Below, piece by piece: positions 1 to 16,334 of a stretch of DNA of 64,000 bases. This DNA is from Bispira polyomma (taxonomy: Eukaryota): contig OZ287754.1 in the NCBI GenBank assembly GCA_965649765.1, forward strand, positions 37,944,001-38,008,000, given 5' to 3'. A program made the position numbers and the translations under genes. Each line of letters begins with the position of its first letter. Position 1 is the first letter of the stretch. The notes under the pieces are model-generated. The model saw nothing but the letters and a program-made list of their open reading frames with translations. It made no database searches and was not told the origin of the DNA.

Positions 1-705
1 GTTTAAGCCCTTCAAATGATACATCAAGGGGCTATAGCTTATAATAGTCAGCAGAATTTCAACTTTGCGGGGTAGATTTTAAGGTAATTATTCTAAATCT
101 GTCAAACAATGCTTTTAAAGATGCCTTAGCATCAATATTGCACATTAAAATCCATAATATAATAAAATACAATACATATTTTATCTTCTCAGTATCAGTA
201 TTTCTGAAATACTGGGGTGGCTATTCTACCTGAAAATAATATTGCAACATATTGTGATATGTCGGCCTTATTCAGAATATGTATTGCATATTGGTTCATA
301 TTACTTTTGCAAAAATTAAAGCGAGTTTTAAAGTCAACTGATTTTCTGCCCTTGCACAAAAGCTGGCACAGTAAAAATCAGAATCAGTGATCTTGGATGA
401 AACTGTAAACATAATACAAATTTGATTAATATGTAATTTATTCAGTGTAGATTGCATGCATTGGTTTATTTTTGATTCTGTTGTTGACAAATGTATTGTA
501 TGCTCTCAGACTTTATTTCCAGAATAAAAAGACATGAGCAATATTCAGATATTTTATGTAAAAATGATGTATCCCTTATGTATTGCATTTACAATTTCAT
601 ATTATAATTTATTTTATTGAATAATATATTGACATATAATGAATATTCAATATATTGTTGCAACCTTATAAAAACAGCTGCTGGCTCTGACAAGCTAGTA
701 CTTAC

Positions 706-850
706 ATAATGGATCCAGGGAAATCCAGTATGGAATGAGTCTGGTAGAAGCCAAGGCTTCATGTAGAATGGACGTGTACCATAATAGACATATGTAGGGG
801 CCGACTCAACCTCTGTATCATCCATTTGGAAACTAACCTTTAGTTTTAAA
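706..850 (-). CDS. TEP/A2M-like exon 11 ([49 protein letters not shown])
   Basis: Acceptor gtgcttttag, donor gtaagt, 145 nt, phase 2 in and 0 out; in frame with the 1551-1639 exon. Confidence 0.75.
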
Positions 851-3800
851 CTAAAAGCACAAACAGTAGACTATAGCATATTTTGCCCAATGGCTATATG
901 AAATTGTCAAAATAATTTTCTGTCTCATGTGCCTTAGAACCTGCTAGCACAGAGATAAGCACTATAAAAGTTAGATTAGATTAGATTAGATTTGTCTTCA
1001 AATTTATTCTCATGTATAACCATGTCTCTACTATTAAATTGCATTTAAAGCTCCAATTCACATTTTCCTTGATTGTCCAACCTTTTTATCAGAAGTTTCT
1101 TTCTGTATGTTTAAATCCAAGTTATATATCACAAACTTAAGGTTTTTATCAAAATGATTAATACAGATTTTTTTAAATCCGACCTATATACCACATATCT
1201 GTATCTTTTTATTTATTAAAAGTATCTTTTTCTTTTTTACATCCAAGCTGGTGCCTTTCTTAGCTGTTTATTAAAATTATCCTTTTCCTTTTGAAATTCA
1301 AGCTACACTATAAAATTATGATTTTTATCAAAACAGTTACTACAGTTTTATTTTTGAAATCCAAGCTATATACCAATTACATATATTTGTATCATTCTTA
1401 GCTTTTCATCAAAAGTACCTCTTTTCTTTTTGAAATCCAAGTTATGCCACAAATTTGTATGTTTTGACGTTTTTTATAAAGATTCTACCTCTGTTTTATA
1501 GTTTAAAAGACCCTTTTCAAGTACACCAACTGCAATAGACTGAAAATTACCTGGTCCATTCCCCAAAGAATCTTCGCAGTTCATCATATGTGAAAGTCTC
1601 TGTCCCTTCGCCTGCAAATATCTTTTGGGAACAACGAAACTATTAGTGGTCAAAAGTAATTAAATAAAATAATATCTGTGCATTTAATTTTCAATGCTGA
1701 CAAATTGCAAGGATTTAGAAATACAAAGACGTTTCAAATATAGTTGAAAATGGCTTTTTAACATTACAGTAGTGAAATATAAATACATATATATTATATA
1801 CAAAAAATAACTTAAAATGAAACAGTTACAGTTACTTGTCACTTGAAATAGACAATCTGCATATTGCAGATTTAGGTTTTATTCAATATATTTAATGTAT
1901 GAAATTTTTGATAATGAGCAAATTTTTTTTTTTGTCAAATTAATTAATACAATATATATATATTATAAATTTACTCTTCTCAGTTCAAAAAGCTAAACAT
2001 GATTAATGAATTGCTAATAGAAACCTATAATGCAATGCAAAATCACATTTTTACTATTATTACAAGATAAGATAATCTGATTTATAAAGTGGAGGGGCTT
2101 TACCTGAAGTACTTGTTATTTTCTCATAATAATACTGATAATCTACTAGTAAGTATGCAAACCTCAACACTTTCTTTGCTCTCATAAACTTTATTTTCTG
2201 TTGATAAAACCACTGTACCATATGAATCAAAATCATATGGGAATGTACCTCTATAATGTCTGAAAGAAACACAGCAGAAATAGGCAGTTAATGTAGTAGT
2301 TATTCAGTGTTCTAACAGAACAAGCTTGTATCCTCCACTCTGATTGGTTCAAAAGAATATTGAGAGGTGTATGAAACATCAAGACTTTTTTCGTCCATAT
2401 GATTTTTCATGCCAAGTTAAATGCTTCCTCCAGCAACATGATTTAAAAGTTACAAAAACCACTTTTAGTAAATCATGTTAGAATCAGAATATCAAAATTA
2501 TATCCAGAAATGTATGCAGAATTTTACTACTTTTGTAGGCATATAACCACTCAGATTTCGCCTTTCTGGTTTTCTGTCTCTAGTTATGCTCAAATGTCCT
2601 TGTATACCAGTAGCCTGTCAAAGCTATTTCCTTAATTCTGAAATGGCCGGACTGGGGTGGCTTAATAAGCTTTAACAGCAACTCAGTTGTTACCAAATGA
2701 GCTTTTAATGACAAATGTTAAGACGACTGCCAAGTCATATCTATATTTACAGGTGAGAAGGTAATTTATGCTTTCCCCTAAGTTTTGGGGTGGTGGCTAA
2801 ATGTTATACATGACAATGTGACACCCCGATAAGGTTATCAATCATTTTTGACTGATTTTTTGTTTGTGCTTGTGAATGTAATGCTTTGCAATTTTATTTA
2901 CATTTACCTGATATCAACTTCTGTTGAAAATATTTTTATAACTATAAGTCACTATGGAACTAATCTTTAAGAATTAAGTAACTTATGTAACGCAAGTATT
3001 TAGATAAAGTAGGTTATGTTCCACTGTATTTAAAATACATTTAACTTTCACTGTGGCCCACCAGACATGAACCCTTTTAAAACACTGCATCTCCCACTGG
3101 GCAATTATTTGGATAAATGTGGAAAGAAAGAAATTACTATAGCATTAGTGTGGTATCTGGAAGAACTACTGACACTTACCTTGGTCTTACTGTAACATAC
3201 ACCTCTGTATCTTTGTAAATAAACATTCTACTGACTTCAATGTGGATGAAATATGGTACAACTAAAATGTAAGAGAAAAAATGTAGGACTTTAAATAAAA
3301 TAATGTAATTGTTAATATATTTTCTACCAACTATTGTGACATATATTAAATAAACAAACTTGTTCATGTAATATGGGGTTTTTCTATTTATTGCAATTAC
3401 CTGATACAATAAGTTCAACAAGCATTAGTTAATTATGTACTTTGAAAATATTGACCATTTTTACTCCATCTTTACACATTGCTATATGTACTCTATGTCG
3501 CAAAATATCTGCTTATATGACATTAAACATGTATAAATCAATACAAATTAATAAAAAAATCTTACAGCTATTATCATACTAGTACACTACTACTTGATAG
3601 TTTTGGCACTTCAACTAATAACTAATGTCTGTGCTCCGCCATTGTTTAGAGGTTAGGAAGTTGATTTGGGATCAGAAGGTCTCTGGTTTACTCCTGGTAA
3701 TGGCATAATGGTTGTTGGGAGATAACATTATTGGGCAAGATGTGAATACGCCATTGGCTACTGATGACTCTGCTGTGTAGGACTATTACATTGTCAGTAA

Positions 3801-6800
3801 TGTTGTCTTTTAGAAGAGCCTGACATTAATAGGGCAATTTAGACTATCTATATATACACACAATATTCAATAGTAAAACCGAATGGCATCAGAGAATTTT
3901 TTGCAAATGGTCTAATATGTGGCCATTTTAATGTGAGCTACTATTAAGATTTAACAAAAATGTTCACCTTTTGTTGTTATTTGAATTTTTTTCACAGCAG
4001 AGGGAACAAAGTCCTAAAAAGTAAAAGTAAGATATTCCAGAATTTTAAAACAGAACAAAACTAAATGTATATACCAATTATAGTTACAGTTCTCAGTCCT
4101 CAGTAAGTGGACTAAAACCTTTATTCTTAAGATTATGTCTAAACCAATTCAATTGCTGAAAATTTCGTTTCAGAGAATCTGATTGGCTGACACTACTGAT
4201 TGACAACTACAATTTTACTGGTGTCTTTATGAGTTTGAAATATTTTTTTATGTCCTAATAGTCTGTACAATTTATTAAATATACTAAATTATAAGGAAAT
4301 GTGTGATACTATAACCAATAATTCTTTTTGACTTAATTTGATCCTGCCGCGACGGATGTCAAATAAGATCATATTTTTTGGTTTCAATCAAAACGTTAAG
4401 CTCAACAGCTTGCAGGCTAAGCATCATAGAGTGTGTTTCTATAAGTTGCTGTGTGTCTTACAGGTACTGTAAACGCCATGATATTCACTGTCCCCGGCCA
4501 AACATCATACAGAGTCAGAGAGCCACTGTATAAATTATCTGGAAAGGTAGATCCATTTAACACGGCCACACGATTACCTAGTTCATCCTAAAATTGTACA
4601 GAAGAATACAATATTTAAATTTTGTTAGGGTTACGTCGCTTGCAAGAGCTCAGGTCATTCTAACGTCGCTTTTAACAGCTTAGGTCATATTACAAGGGCT
4701 AAATTCAATGGTGGAAGAAACCAGCACTGAAGCATGGTAAACTATGATAAAGTACCTAAGAAACTTTTCCTTATAAAGGAATGTACAGGATTCGAACCCA
4801 CATTGGGGAAAGGCTAGTGAAGTAGATACATAATACAAGGCTGATAGGCTAACTATATTGTGGTCTATCTTCTGTAGTTATACAATTTACACTGTATGGT
4901 CTCAAAGTAAGTGTTGTTTTTATGATAAAGTGTCAATACATTCATGAATAGTACATCCATGAATGTATTGTTCACCCTAATACTGTGACGACATTGTGCG
5001 ACACTTTTATTTTTGTGTCAGTTTCACAAGTTTGGTGACCTTTAGTCAAATTGTCTAATATAATATATATCAAAAATCACAGTAAAAATATAGAAAGTTG
5101 TGAAAAGTAAGGTTTATTTACCACAATATTGTATAAGGTTGATGTTTATATTATCTACAATTTTAGTCAACTTTCTGTTTAGAATATGAAGCAAACCCAA
5201 TACTAAAAATCTTGAGATTTTGCTTGACAAATATAAATGCTTAAAAAACATGGTATAAGCTGGTCTGTGTTGTATATCATATTTTGATTATCTGCGCAGA
5301 TAGTAATATATTTTATTATGCACAGATCAGTAATAATATCCATGCTGATAATGCACTTTAAGGCACCACCATATACAAATATGAAAATTACAGTAAATGT
5401 AAACACAATAATATTTAGTTAATTAGCCGTAGTCAGTTGTTTTTGATGTTAAACAAGAAGATAAAGATACACAAAATTACACATATTACCTGAAAAACAA
5501 TGGTCACTTCACCATGATATGGTGTCAAATCAGGATGGATACCCATAACACGAAACTTCACTGTAAGTTAAAAACACTTCATAGTTTAAAACATGAAATA
5601 CGACATCTTGTTTCCTACAATGCTGTGTTACAGTATGAATTAAGAAACAAATCAAAAACTATAACACAAATTTTATAATCTAAGTGAACTACACATACAG
5701 TAAACTTACTGTGAAATTTCTATTGTATGATTTTGTTGTAATTCTAATACTCGATTGAATAAAAACAATTTTAGTTTTGGCAGATGTTTGCAAAATGTTT
5801 TACTTTACAAAGAGTGAACTATGTAACCTCCAAGGTAATTCTGACCCTTGCATACCTATTCTTTATCAGTTCATGTATCATAAATACCAACTTAAGAAAT
5901 ATGATGCAATTGTATGAATTATAATATCCTGGTCCAGTGGATTCTTGAATTGTTCCTCGCATTATATCGCAATACAATTTTCAGGTACAATACTCACCCC
6001 TGCTAATTTATTTACCTGTATCACCTATAAGGTATTGGCCACGATCTGTCTGTACAAACAGTAGGGTATGCCGATGATCTATCTCTATATACAGCTGTCT
6101 GCTTACTAACGATACTATGCCATCCAACCAGGAATACTCCAGGGTTAAACTGTATGTTGTCTGGTTAGATGAAGTGTAACTTGGGGACTTAAAGGAAGAA
6201 GTACAGGGTACAACATCAACTTTCGCTTCTGGAACAGTGACCACATCAAGCCACTGACCTGAGATTTGAAGGTTAGGATACCTATTATTATGATTGAAGC
6301 ATTTATACAGCGCCCTATCCTATTTATATATCATCATCTAAAGAATGCTTGTCCTCTGAAAAGATACAACATGGCCTGGGTTGTCATTTAGTAGGCAAAC
6401 AGTTGTGTGTTCACATCTTGCCCAAAGATGTTATGTCACCAAATAACCAAGCCACCAGGGGACTTTCTGATCACCAGACCAACTAGGCCACATAATGCGA
6501 CAGCTTCAACAGACATCAATATATATAATTAATTATCCATTTTTGTTACACAGGTCACTTAATTTAGGGTTATGCGTATATGAATTCTGGCTGAAAGGTC
6601 CTGTAATAAGTTCAATATGGTTAATATACTGTTGTCCCCTCGAGTAAGTTTATCAACGTAAAATACACATTTACATATGTTTAACTTATTTCTAATAGCA
6701 CATGCAAGTCAGGAAGTGGTGACAAAGTTGGTATGGTAGTTAAAGGTTCAACAGTTCAACTCTCGGTAAAGTCAAAGTGGTTATTTGGGGATGCAACCAA

Positions 6801-9800
6801 GATGTAGAACCCACAATTACTTTCTGATGATGTTTGATGCTATCTTGTAAGACTAGCCCTAGATGTGACTTAGATAATGCATTGTTACAAATTCTCACTA
6901 GAAATGCCCATCATAAATAAGTGGTTACGGTAGTGGAAAATGCTGTACTACTGACTTACCTTTAATGTCAGCCACCCCTGTTCTCCTGAAAAGGGACAAA
7001 ACATACTTTTTTTTTACTTTTGCAGGTTAATTCCAATTGAAGAATAAAATATTTGTATTTACTTTAAACTTTCAGAGACAAGTTCGGGAATAATTCTAAA
7101 ATTTATCATATATTAAATATTTGTTGTCAGGGCTCAGAGATAAAAATAACTGATGTATTGTTTATTTGGCTGATTTTGAAAAGGCATTTAATACAGTAAA
7201 CTTGGAATTCCTTGATAAAACCTTGTCCCACCATGGTTTTAAAGATAAATTTTAGAAATGCATTAAATTTCGGAAATGGATTTCTATCCTATATTATGAT
7301 AGTGAAAGTTGTGTGTTTAACAATGAACACCAATCTGCAAATTTTAAGCTTTCAAAGGGTATCAGACAAGGATGTCCTATTAGTGCCCTTTTATTATTGT
7401 TAGTAGCTGAAGTTATAGTGATAGTTATTCGTAATTCTAAAATGATCAAGGGATTACAAGTAAACGAAACCTGCTTTAAACTTTTTTAGTTGGCTGATGA
7501 TATGACTCTATTTTTACAAAATGTAGAATCTGGTAAATTTGTCTTAGACATCGTTGAAGAGTTCTACAGATATGATGGTCTTAAATTTTATAAAAACAAA
7601 TATTAGGCAACCATTATCCAGAATGATGGAACATTGAAAGAAGATAAGACTTCCGGATTAAAATGGATAAATAAGCCTTTTAAAACATTGGGAATCTGGT
7701 TCTCATTGAACACAGATGAAATGATTTTACTGAACATGAATAAAAGAATAAAAACATCCTAAATCTCCAGATGTCCAGACATTAAAAGCTAAATGACTGT
7801 TTTAAAATCGTTAGTGATTCCTCATATTTTGCCTCAGTTTTGCCGTTTAGCAATAAGTTATTGTCAGATTTGAATAAACATATTCTTCCAATTTGTTTGG
7901 AGTAATAAGAAACCTCTTGTATCAGACAATACATTGATACAACCTGTGGAAAGTGGTGGCTTAAAGATGGTATCAATTACTCATATAATCAAAGGCGCAA
8001 AAATAATTTGGATTAAAAGATATCTAGACAGCAACAATTCAAAATGGAAAAAAGTTGCAGGAAAACTTATAGGCTTTGATAAAAAAACATCTCTTAAGAG
8101 AGTATTGGTTCTCGAGGATTCAAACAAAACCGAAAACTTTATTTTATCAAGATCTGCTCTTAATTTGTTACATTTTTATGAGATCAGAGCCCAAAAATAT
8201 AGACGACTTTTTTAATAAACCTCTATGCTATGATGACCTCTTTACAATTGGCAAACAAGTTATTATGGTTGAATACTCTGAATGGTTTAGCAATGGGATA
8301 ACAGTGTTGTCTAATATATCAGAAGATGAGTGTACTATTATTTCAGTATGAATTACATATTTTAAATTGGCAAATATTATATTTACCAATCAAAAAACAT
8401 TACTTCTTTTTTTTTAAATTCCTCTGTATCTCAAAGAACAAACTTAAAACAGAAAATTCTATTTTAATAAATAAAAAATATTATTTTTCAAGATCTTGTC
8501 AGTTATTTGTCAGCAATATTTCAACGTGTTTTTCTATAAAAGAAGTTACATGTATTTAACTTTTATAACTATATACTGACTATATAACAATTTACTATAT
8601 GTACCAGTTCTGTTATGCAGCATATGTGGTGGAAAAAAAATTTTGAACTTGCTTTATTCTTACATATACCTATTATATTACACAATACCACAAATTTTAC
8701 ACATCATTGTATACTTTGGACGTAATAAACTTCCTAAGTATTCTTGTGTACTTTTTTGTAACCGAAAATATTGTGAATGACTTTTCCATGTCAGTCATCC
8801 CTTTTCTTGGTTCTTCAATGTTTTGATGGCTATGAGGAACTCCTTTAACCAGGGGGCGGTATTCGCAAATAATTTTCTTAGTCTCATTCAATCAGATTAT
8901 TTGAAACAATACTTGAAACCAATTGGTTGAGACCAAAATGTTAAAATAATACACTGCGGCCATATTGTCCAAAATGCACTAACTCAACTCAGACAAGCTC
9001 AAATCAAAGGTACCCATAATATCTCTGGCTAGAGTAAACCTAAGTTAAATCTGACTACATAAAGTCTACATATGATATGACAAAATAGACAGAGTAAGGA
9101 AAACAAAAGTAAAATAAACATTTACATACTTCAAAAAGCTCAAAAATGAATGGTTACAAGTATAGATTATTTTCATATATGAGGACTTTTAATTGGCATT
9201 TAGACTGAAGTAAGTTCATTATGTTTGCACATCACGACCCAATAGGGGCCTGATAGCTCAGTTCCCAACCCCACCTCTCCTATTTTTACACTACCTTAAC
9301 TAATTTAGGTATCCTCTCCTTTCTTCTCTCACTCCTTTTGTAAGGGCCCTGTTTTACTTTTCTGCACTCCCTGCTGAATTCCACCATATTGATTTCAGCA
9401 GTCAAAATTAAAAAAATTTCAATATTTGGAAATAATTACATGTTTTCATAGTGGTATTATTGCGACAGATTTTAAGTTACAAGAATGGGAAGGACAACTA
9501 AAACACCTCTGAGGGTGCCAACCAAAGGGAAAAAGCGTGCTTCTACTAGGAAACAGACTAAAAAACCAAGTACTTCTACTAGTGTCTCGGACCCCCTAGC
9601 TGTGAACCTGCAAGGTCTTCTTGCAGATATAGCAGTTGCACAACCGGATCCGGTAGTTTCCAACTAGGCTGGTTTCGGTGACGTTATGGCTATGTTACAG
9701 AAGCTGGAAACGGCCAACTCTCAGATCAAAAAGTGTCTGGACAGTGTAGAGTCGCGGGGCTCTTATAGTTACACCCCTCTCAGATCTCCATCGGCGTCCA

Positions 9801-12800
9801 GGAATGGAAGTATCCCGGATCACAGGCAGATGGACGAGTTTGCTCTAAGGGCAAACACCAGAGATCACGTTCGAGAGGGAGGGATGGGATTATTCTAAAG
9901 TTTACATCCTAAGGTCCCTCCTAGAAGTAACCACGGCCGCCAACCACCGTATGGCTGGTTATGATGCCTAACTACAGACTGAACTTACACAAGCTAAGCC
10001 ACTTTTGCGCCAAAAGTCAGGACGGTACAACACCAATGATATTGTCAACTCTGATCCCCAACTTAGATGGACAAACGAGGGCTATGGCGGGGTAGCTGGT
10101 ATGAAAAGGTTTACATTTGACGATCTTACATTGCCCCAATGGGCAGCAGGTCAACTTTTTAATGTGTCCCAAGTTTAGGATCAAACCATTCTAAGGCAAA
10201 TGCTTGAGGTGGAGGAGGGGCGCCTTTACTGGGGGGATGCCACTCAATGGGCTCTAACCCAGATGGGTGTCTCGCAACTTACAGTCCTAAAAAGTCAGCA
10301 TATACACTTAGGTACAAATACACAGAAAGGCAAACTGGTATGCAAGTATTATAACCTCGGCAAATGCCTGCTTTGTGAAAATTATATAACCTTAGAAGAG
10401 GCCAATAAACCTGTCCTTGATCTGGCTGGTAACAAAGCACCTGGCCCTGATGGGCTTCCAGCTGAGTTTCATAAACAGTTTTGGAAACATATAGGCCATT
10501 ATGTCTGTCAAAGTTTTGCCCAGGCTTTTTAAAATGGCAAACTTTCTTCTAGCCAAAAACAAGGCATTCTAAAATTAATTCCAAAGAAAGATAAGGATCT
10601 TACTGATCTAAAATCATGGCGTCCACTTTCTGTATTAAATGCAGATTACTAAATTTTAGCTAAGGTTTTAAGTGGAAGATTGAAACATGGCCTAAAAGAA
10701 ATTATCAACCCTAACCAGATAGGATATATGGAAAATAGATTCTGTGGAGAAAACACAAGACTAATTTCTGATGTGATAGAATATTGCAAATTTCATAGAA
10801 AACCATGTATTTTACTTCTAATAGACTTTGAAAAGGCTTTTAACACTGTAAACTGGGATTTGCTGAGAAACTGTTTAAAATATTATGGTTTTGGTAAAAT
10901 ATTTCATAGATGGATATCCATCTTGTATTGTGAAACTGAAAGTTGTGTAACTAACAGTAGTTGTCAGTCCGCCTATTTCAGATTGTCTAGAGGTATCCGA
11001 CAAGGCTGTCCCATCAGTGCACTTTTATTTTTGTTGGTAGCGGAAGTTATTGCGATAATTCTTAGTGAGTCTTACTCTGTTAATGGATTAATATTTTCAG
11101 AAACGCACATTAAACTATGTCAATTGGTGGATGACAATGTTTTTAACTGATATGTCATCTGTTAAAAGTGCCCTTACTCTCTTTGAAGAATTTTACCGAT
11201 ATGCTGGCCTAAAACTGAATAAAAGCAAGACTGAAGCAATTATTATTGAGAATGACGGTACCTTAACAGAAGATCCCAGTTTGGACATAAGGTGGATAAA
11301 TGGTCCTTTCAAAGCATTAGGTACATGGTTCTCTGTTAACCATGAAGAAATGAAGATCTTGAATATAAATAATAAAATGGAAATAATCAAATCTGTTCTT
11401 AATGTTTGGAAAATAAGTGCCTAATGCATAAAGGTAAAAGAACTGTAGTCAAAGCTTTAGTCATTCCACATATATTACAGCTTGTTTCAGTTTGCCTTTT
11501 ACTAACAAGCAGTTGATAAACCTAGACAATCTGTTATTTGATTTTGTGTAGAATAATAAGAAATCACTTGTGTCTAAAAATACTTTAATTCAACCTGTAA
11601 GTAGTGGTGGGCTTAAAATGGTTTCTTCTATGTATGTAGTAAAAACTGCAAAAATTATGTGGATGAAAGATTTGTTGATAATACTAAAGCCAAGTGGAAA
11701 GTTCTAGCTGAAAATCTAATGGGTCTTAATAAATTTATGATTTTTAGAAAGTACTATTTTGAAACCATTAAACATAAACCATTCACTACCTTTTACAGAA
11801 ATATGTTATCCATTTGGTATGATTTTATTACAGTGGAACCCCAAACTATAGATGCCTTCTATAATGAAAATTTATTTCACAATGATTTATTTTGAATTGA
11901 TAACAAGGCTATAGCTCATCAATATACTGGCTGGGCAAATAGTGACATATTGGTTGTTTCTGAAAAAAAACAGATTTAGAAAGGAGATATAACTTAATCA
12001 TATGTGATATGAAATATAACAAAATTGTAATCTCAGTATATTCAAGGTTCAGAAAAATTCCAAAAACAAATACATTTGGTTCAACTTCTGGTAACAGTGT
12101 TCCTCAAAGATGCATTACTGATATCAGTAGTGTTAAGAACAGAGTTGTCTATAATTTTTTGGTTAAATCAGTATATAAAAATTTTCTATAATTTTTTGGT
12201 TAAATCAGTATATGAAATTCCATCAAATGAAAACAAATAGGTAGAATATTACCCCTTTTTAGAAGTCATACATTGGAAAAATATTTATCTACTGCCAGGA
12301 CACATATTTAGTAACCTTTCAGTTTAAAATATTACATAGAATTTTTACATGTAACTATAAATCTGCACAACTAAGCCATCCAGTTCAGGATGCAAACAAT
12401 ATCCAATATGTAACAGTTCCACTCTCCGGTAAATCCTTAACTTTATATCCAGTTCACTCCAATGAGTTCACCACAAAATGTATATAATAACCAGTTTATA
12501 TCCACTTGACACAGAAAGAAAGTGTTCCACAATATAGCAGTCCACATAGCATACTAACTCAACAAACTCTAGTATGTGGCCAGGCTTTCAACCCTTATAT
12601 ATACTAGGGATATAGAATGCTCTAGAAAGTGTGTAAACAACAATTATTTGAAGGCTACAGAAAGAAATGTAAACAAGTCAACATAAATCCAATAAAAACA
12701 TTACACAGAACCAGCTTCTAGACGCTTAGGGGTTTTCACCAAATCTATAAATAGATCACTCTAGCAGAGTGTAAGAAACATTAGTACTAACTAGACCAGT

Positions 12801-15800
12801 TCTCCACTGACATACAACAAGGTCCTTATACATAACACCTCCCCCCTTGAAGAAAAATTTTGGAAGCCAAGGGGTTACAAAATTTTACATTGCACCAAGT
12901 ATAAGAGAATATACATACTGATGTTATAGCATTTCTTAGATCACTGTATTTTAAGTTACATAAGTAATATCCATAAGTAAGCATCTAAGTTTTACAAATT
13001 TATTTTTGAGTTGTTAACAGACAAAATGACCTTTAACTACAACTTCTGGATAGAGCATCAGCACAAATCTTATCCTTTCCTTCAACATGCTCTATTTGGA
13101 AACTGTATTCTTAGAAAATCAAATTCCAATTCAATAATCGCCTCTTTTTGTATTTTAATTTGTGCAAGAATACTAAAGGGTTGTGATCTGTGTACACAAT
13201 AGGTTTTGATTATAAAAATATATAGATATGAAAGTGTTAATGGCCAAGATGAGGGCTAAATGTTTCTTTTCTATTGTAGAGTAATTCTTTTGATGTACAT
13301 TAAATTTTTTCAAAAAATTAGAAATCGGATGTTCAATATCTTCATCATCAGTCTGCAGTAAAATTACACCTGCCCCAACATTACTGGCAACCACAGCTAG
13401 CCGGAATGGTCTACTGAAGTCTAGAGCAGTTAGTACACGCTCCAAACAGAGAACATTTTTTTTATATTTTATGCATTTTTTTGGGAGCTTAGTCAGTGGA
13501 GCAGTGACATCTAAAAAATTTTACAAAATATTCTATAATAACCTGACATTCCCAAGAACCTCATTAAGCCCTAAGTACACAACCTTTGCTTTTACAAAGT
13601 CATTTTTTGATAAAATCACAGCAAGGTTGGCTTGCTTGAGCCGAAACAGAACTTGTTCAAGTCTTTTGAAATGTTCTTCCCAAGTATCACTAAAGATGAC
13701 AATACCATCCACATACACTGTAACTCCTTCTTAATTCCTTAAACATATATTCGTTAGTCTCTGAAATGTAGCTTGGAAATTTATCATTCCAAATGGCATC
13801 ACCTTGTACTGATACAGACCATCGGGAGTTACATGAATCGCTTTTACTCAAAACATTAACCTTTCTATAGTCTGTGCAATATCTGATAGAACCATCAGGC
13901 TTCGGGACCAAAACACAAGAAGATGCCCAACTACTTTGACTTGGTTCATTTATATCTTTGTCCGACATGTATTGGATTTCTTGTCTTAATTTTTTATGTT
14001 TGATTGGGTTTACACGATACGGGTGCTGTTTGGCATTGCCAACATCAACATCATGCATGAGTACATTGGTCCTGTTAGGGGCATCAGGAAATACTGACTT
14101 ATACATCATGAGTAACTCACTAAGTGGGATCCTCCTATCTGGAGATACATGATTCAGTTTGGTTTTCAAATCAACAATAATGTCTGAATAACTCAACCTG
14201 ATTTTACATTTAACTTTAACATCAAGAGTGTCAGCCCATGCTTCATACTCCTGATTGTTGTCATTTTCTACATTACAGTCAGTAGCCATGACAGGCTTTG
14301 TCACACCCCTTTCAAAGTATGGTTTTACCATGTTTACATAACACGGTTGGGTTGACTTCTTTCTGTCCGTGGTTTCAATGACAGAATCCAGATCACCTAC
14401 TCTCTTTAATTTGTATGGCCCATGCTATCTGGCCTGTAACATGTTCCCTTGGATAGGTAATAACACTAAAACCTTCTCTCCCGGTTTAAAACACGGTTTT
14501 GCGACCTTCTATTATAAAGTTTTTTCATTTTTGACTGAGAATGTTTCAAATTTTGTTATGCTAGCTCACAAGCCTTTTTTAGCCTGCTTCTAACCTTTGG
14601 GACATAATCTAACAGGTTTAGGCTCTCACAGTTCTCAGATAACCATTTTTTTCAACAACTCGAGAGGGACTAAAGCCTAAAGACTCTTGCACTGATTCCC
14701 AAACTGCAAACAATAATAAGTACATGCCAGTCTTTCGCATTGTCTAAGCAATATGTCCTAATCATATTTTTTAAATTGAAATGGAACCTTTCAAGTACAC
14801 CTTGTGGTTCTGGATGATAAGCAATAGATTCGATCTGTTTGGCACCTAGCTAAAACACAACTTGCTGAAATAATCCTGACATGAAATTTGACCCTTGATA
14901 TGACTGATCTCCTTTGGTAAGCCAATTAAAGTAAAGAAATTGACTAAAGCTTTCGAGATTTATAGGGCTGTCATGTTAGTCAAAGGTATGGCTTCAGGGA
15001 ATCTGGTTGAGACACACAAAATCGTTAAGCGATATTGGTTTCTGGATTAAGTCTTTGGTAAGGGGCCTACACAATCAATTATCACCTTGCTGAATGGTTC
15101 CACAAATCCTGCAATGCGTTTTAAAGGAGCTACTGGAATCCTTTGGTTTAGTATTTCTACAACTTGACAAATGTGACAGTTTTACAAAATTCTACCACAC
15201 AGCGCCGGATCTGAGGCCAGTAGAAATGCTTGGTAATTTTGACATAGGTTTTATTGATGTCTAAATGGCCACCCATTGGAGACTGTCACAAAATGGCTTC
15301 ATAAGGTTTATTCTTTAAGCTAGTTCTGCCTGGTGAATTCTTAGTTTTTAATTCTGGTCTATGGTATTCTGTATGAAGTCATTGTGGGTTTACTATGGTT
15401 TTGATCAGTATGGGCTGTGTGTTCATACGTCACTGCACACAGCATTTTAGTGTGGAATTAGTATCTTAAGTTTTAGTTTTTTGGAAGCCACACTTTTGGC
15501 AGCACATGTTTTGAAGCTCCAGTCTGTTGTTTGAAGGAAACAGCATTGAAGTTATTAGCTTAAGATCGTTTCAATTCACACTAAAAATTATATCTTAGTG
15601 TTACATCTATTCATATCACTGGTATCTGATTTATAATACCCACTTTTACATATAAATACACAATAAATACATAGTTTAACTTATGTTGTATTTGCATAAT
15701 GGTTGTGTGGTGTTATGCTTAATTTCTAGTGCTGTTTATTTATTTTCAGCTGGTTTTAATGTGGGGAACTTGGTTTCCATGTTGTGAAGATGCTGTTATA

Positions 15801-16180
15801 ATGGTGTTGTGGTTTTGATTATATGGATCATTAACGCTGAGCATTTTTATCTCACTGGAGATATGGTTGTAGTTGAATGATCATCAAAGCTGAGGATTTT
15901 CATCTCGCTGGAGATATTGCTGTGTTTGAATTATGGTGGTGCTAACCATCATTAAAGGTGGACAGTGGTGATGTTTCTATGGTGTTAGATGATGGTGTTT
16001 ATATGAAGCAAGCCGCTGTGTTTGTGTTCCTGACATGTTGACATTACAAGCTGGACATTGAATTACAGTGAATTTGAACATTACATTAAACATTGAACTG
16101 TTACATTTTATTATAAATATATTTCTTTGTGTGTTTTGGGTAGACATATGTGATATGTGTTGTGTCATTTGATTTATGTG

Positions 16181-16219
<39 letters not shown>

Positions 16220-16257
16220 TGTGGTAGTGTGTATATGTGAATGAGTGTCATTTGATT

Positions 16258-16334
<77 letters not shown>

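Noticed and set aside
296-490. Possible further TEP exon near the acceptor-like site at about 402
   Set aside because: The phase-0 reading hits a stop and I found no convincing donor or motif.
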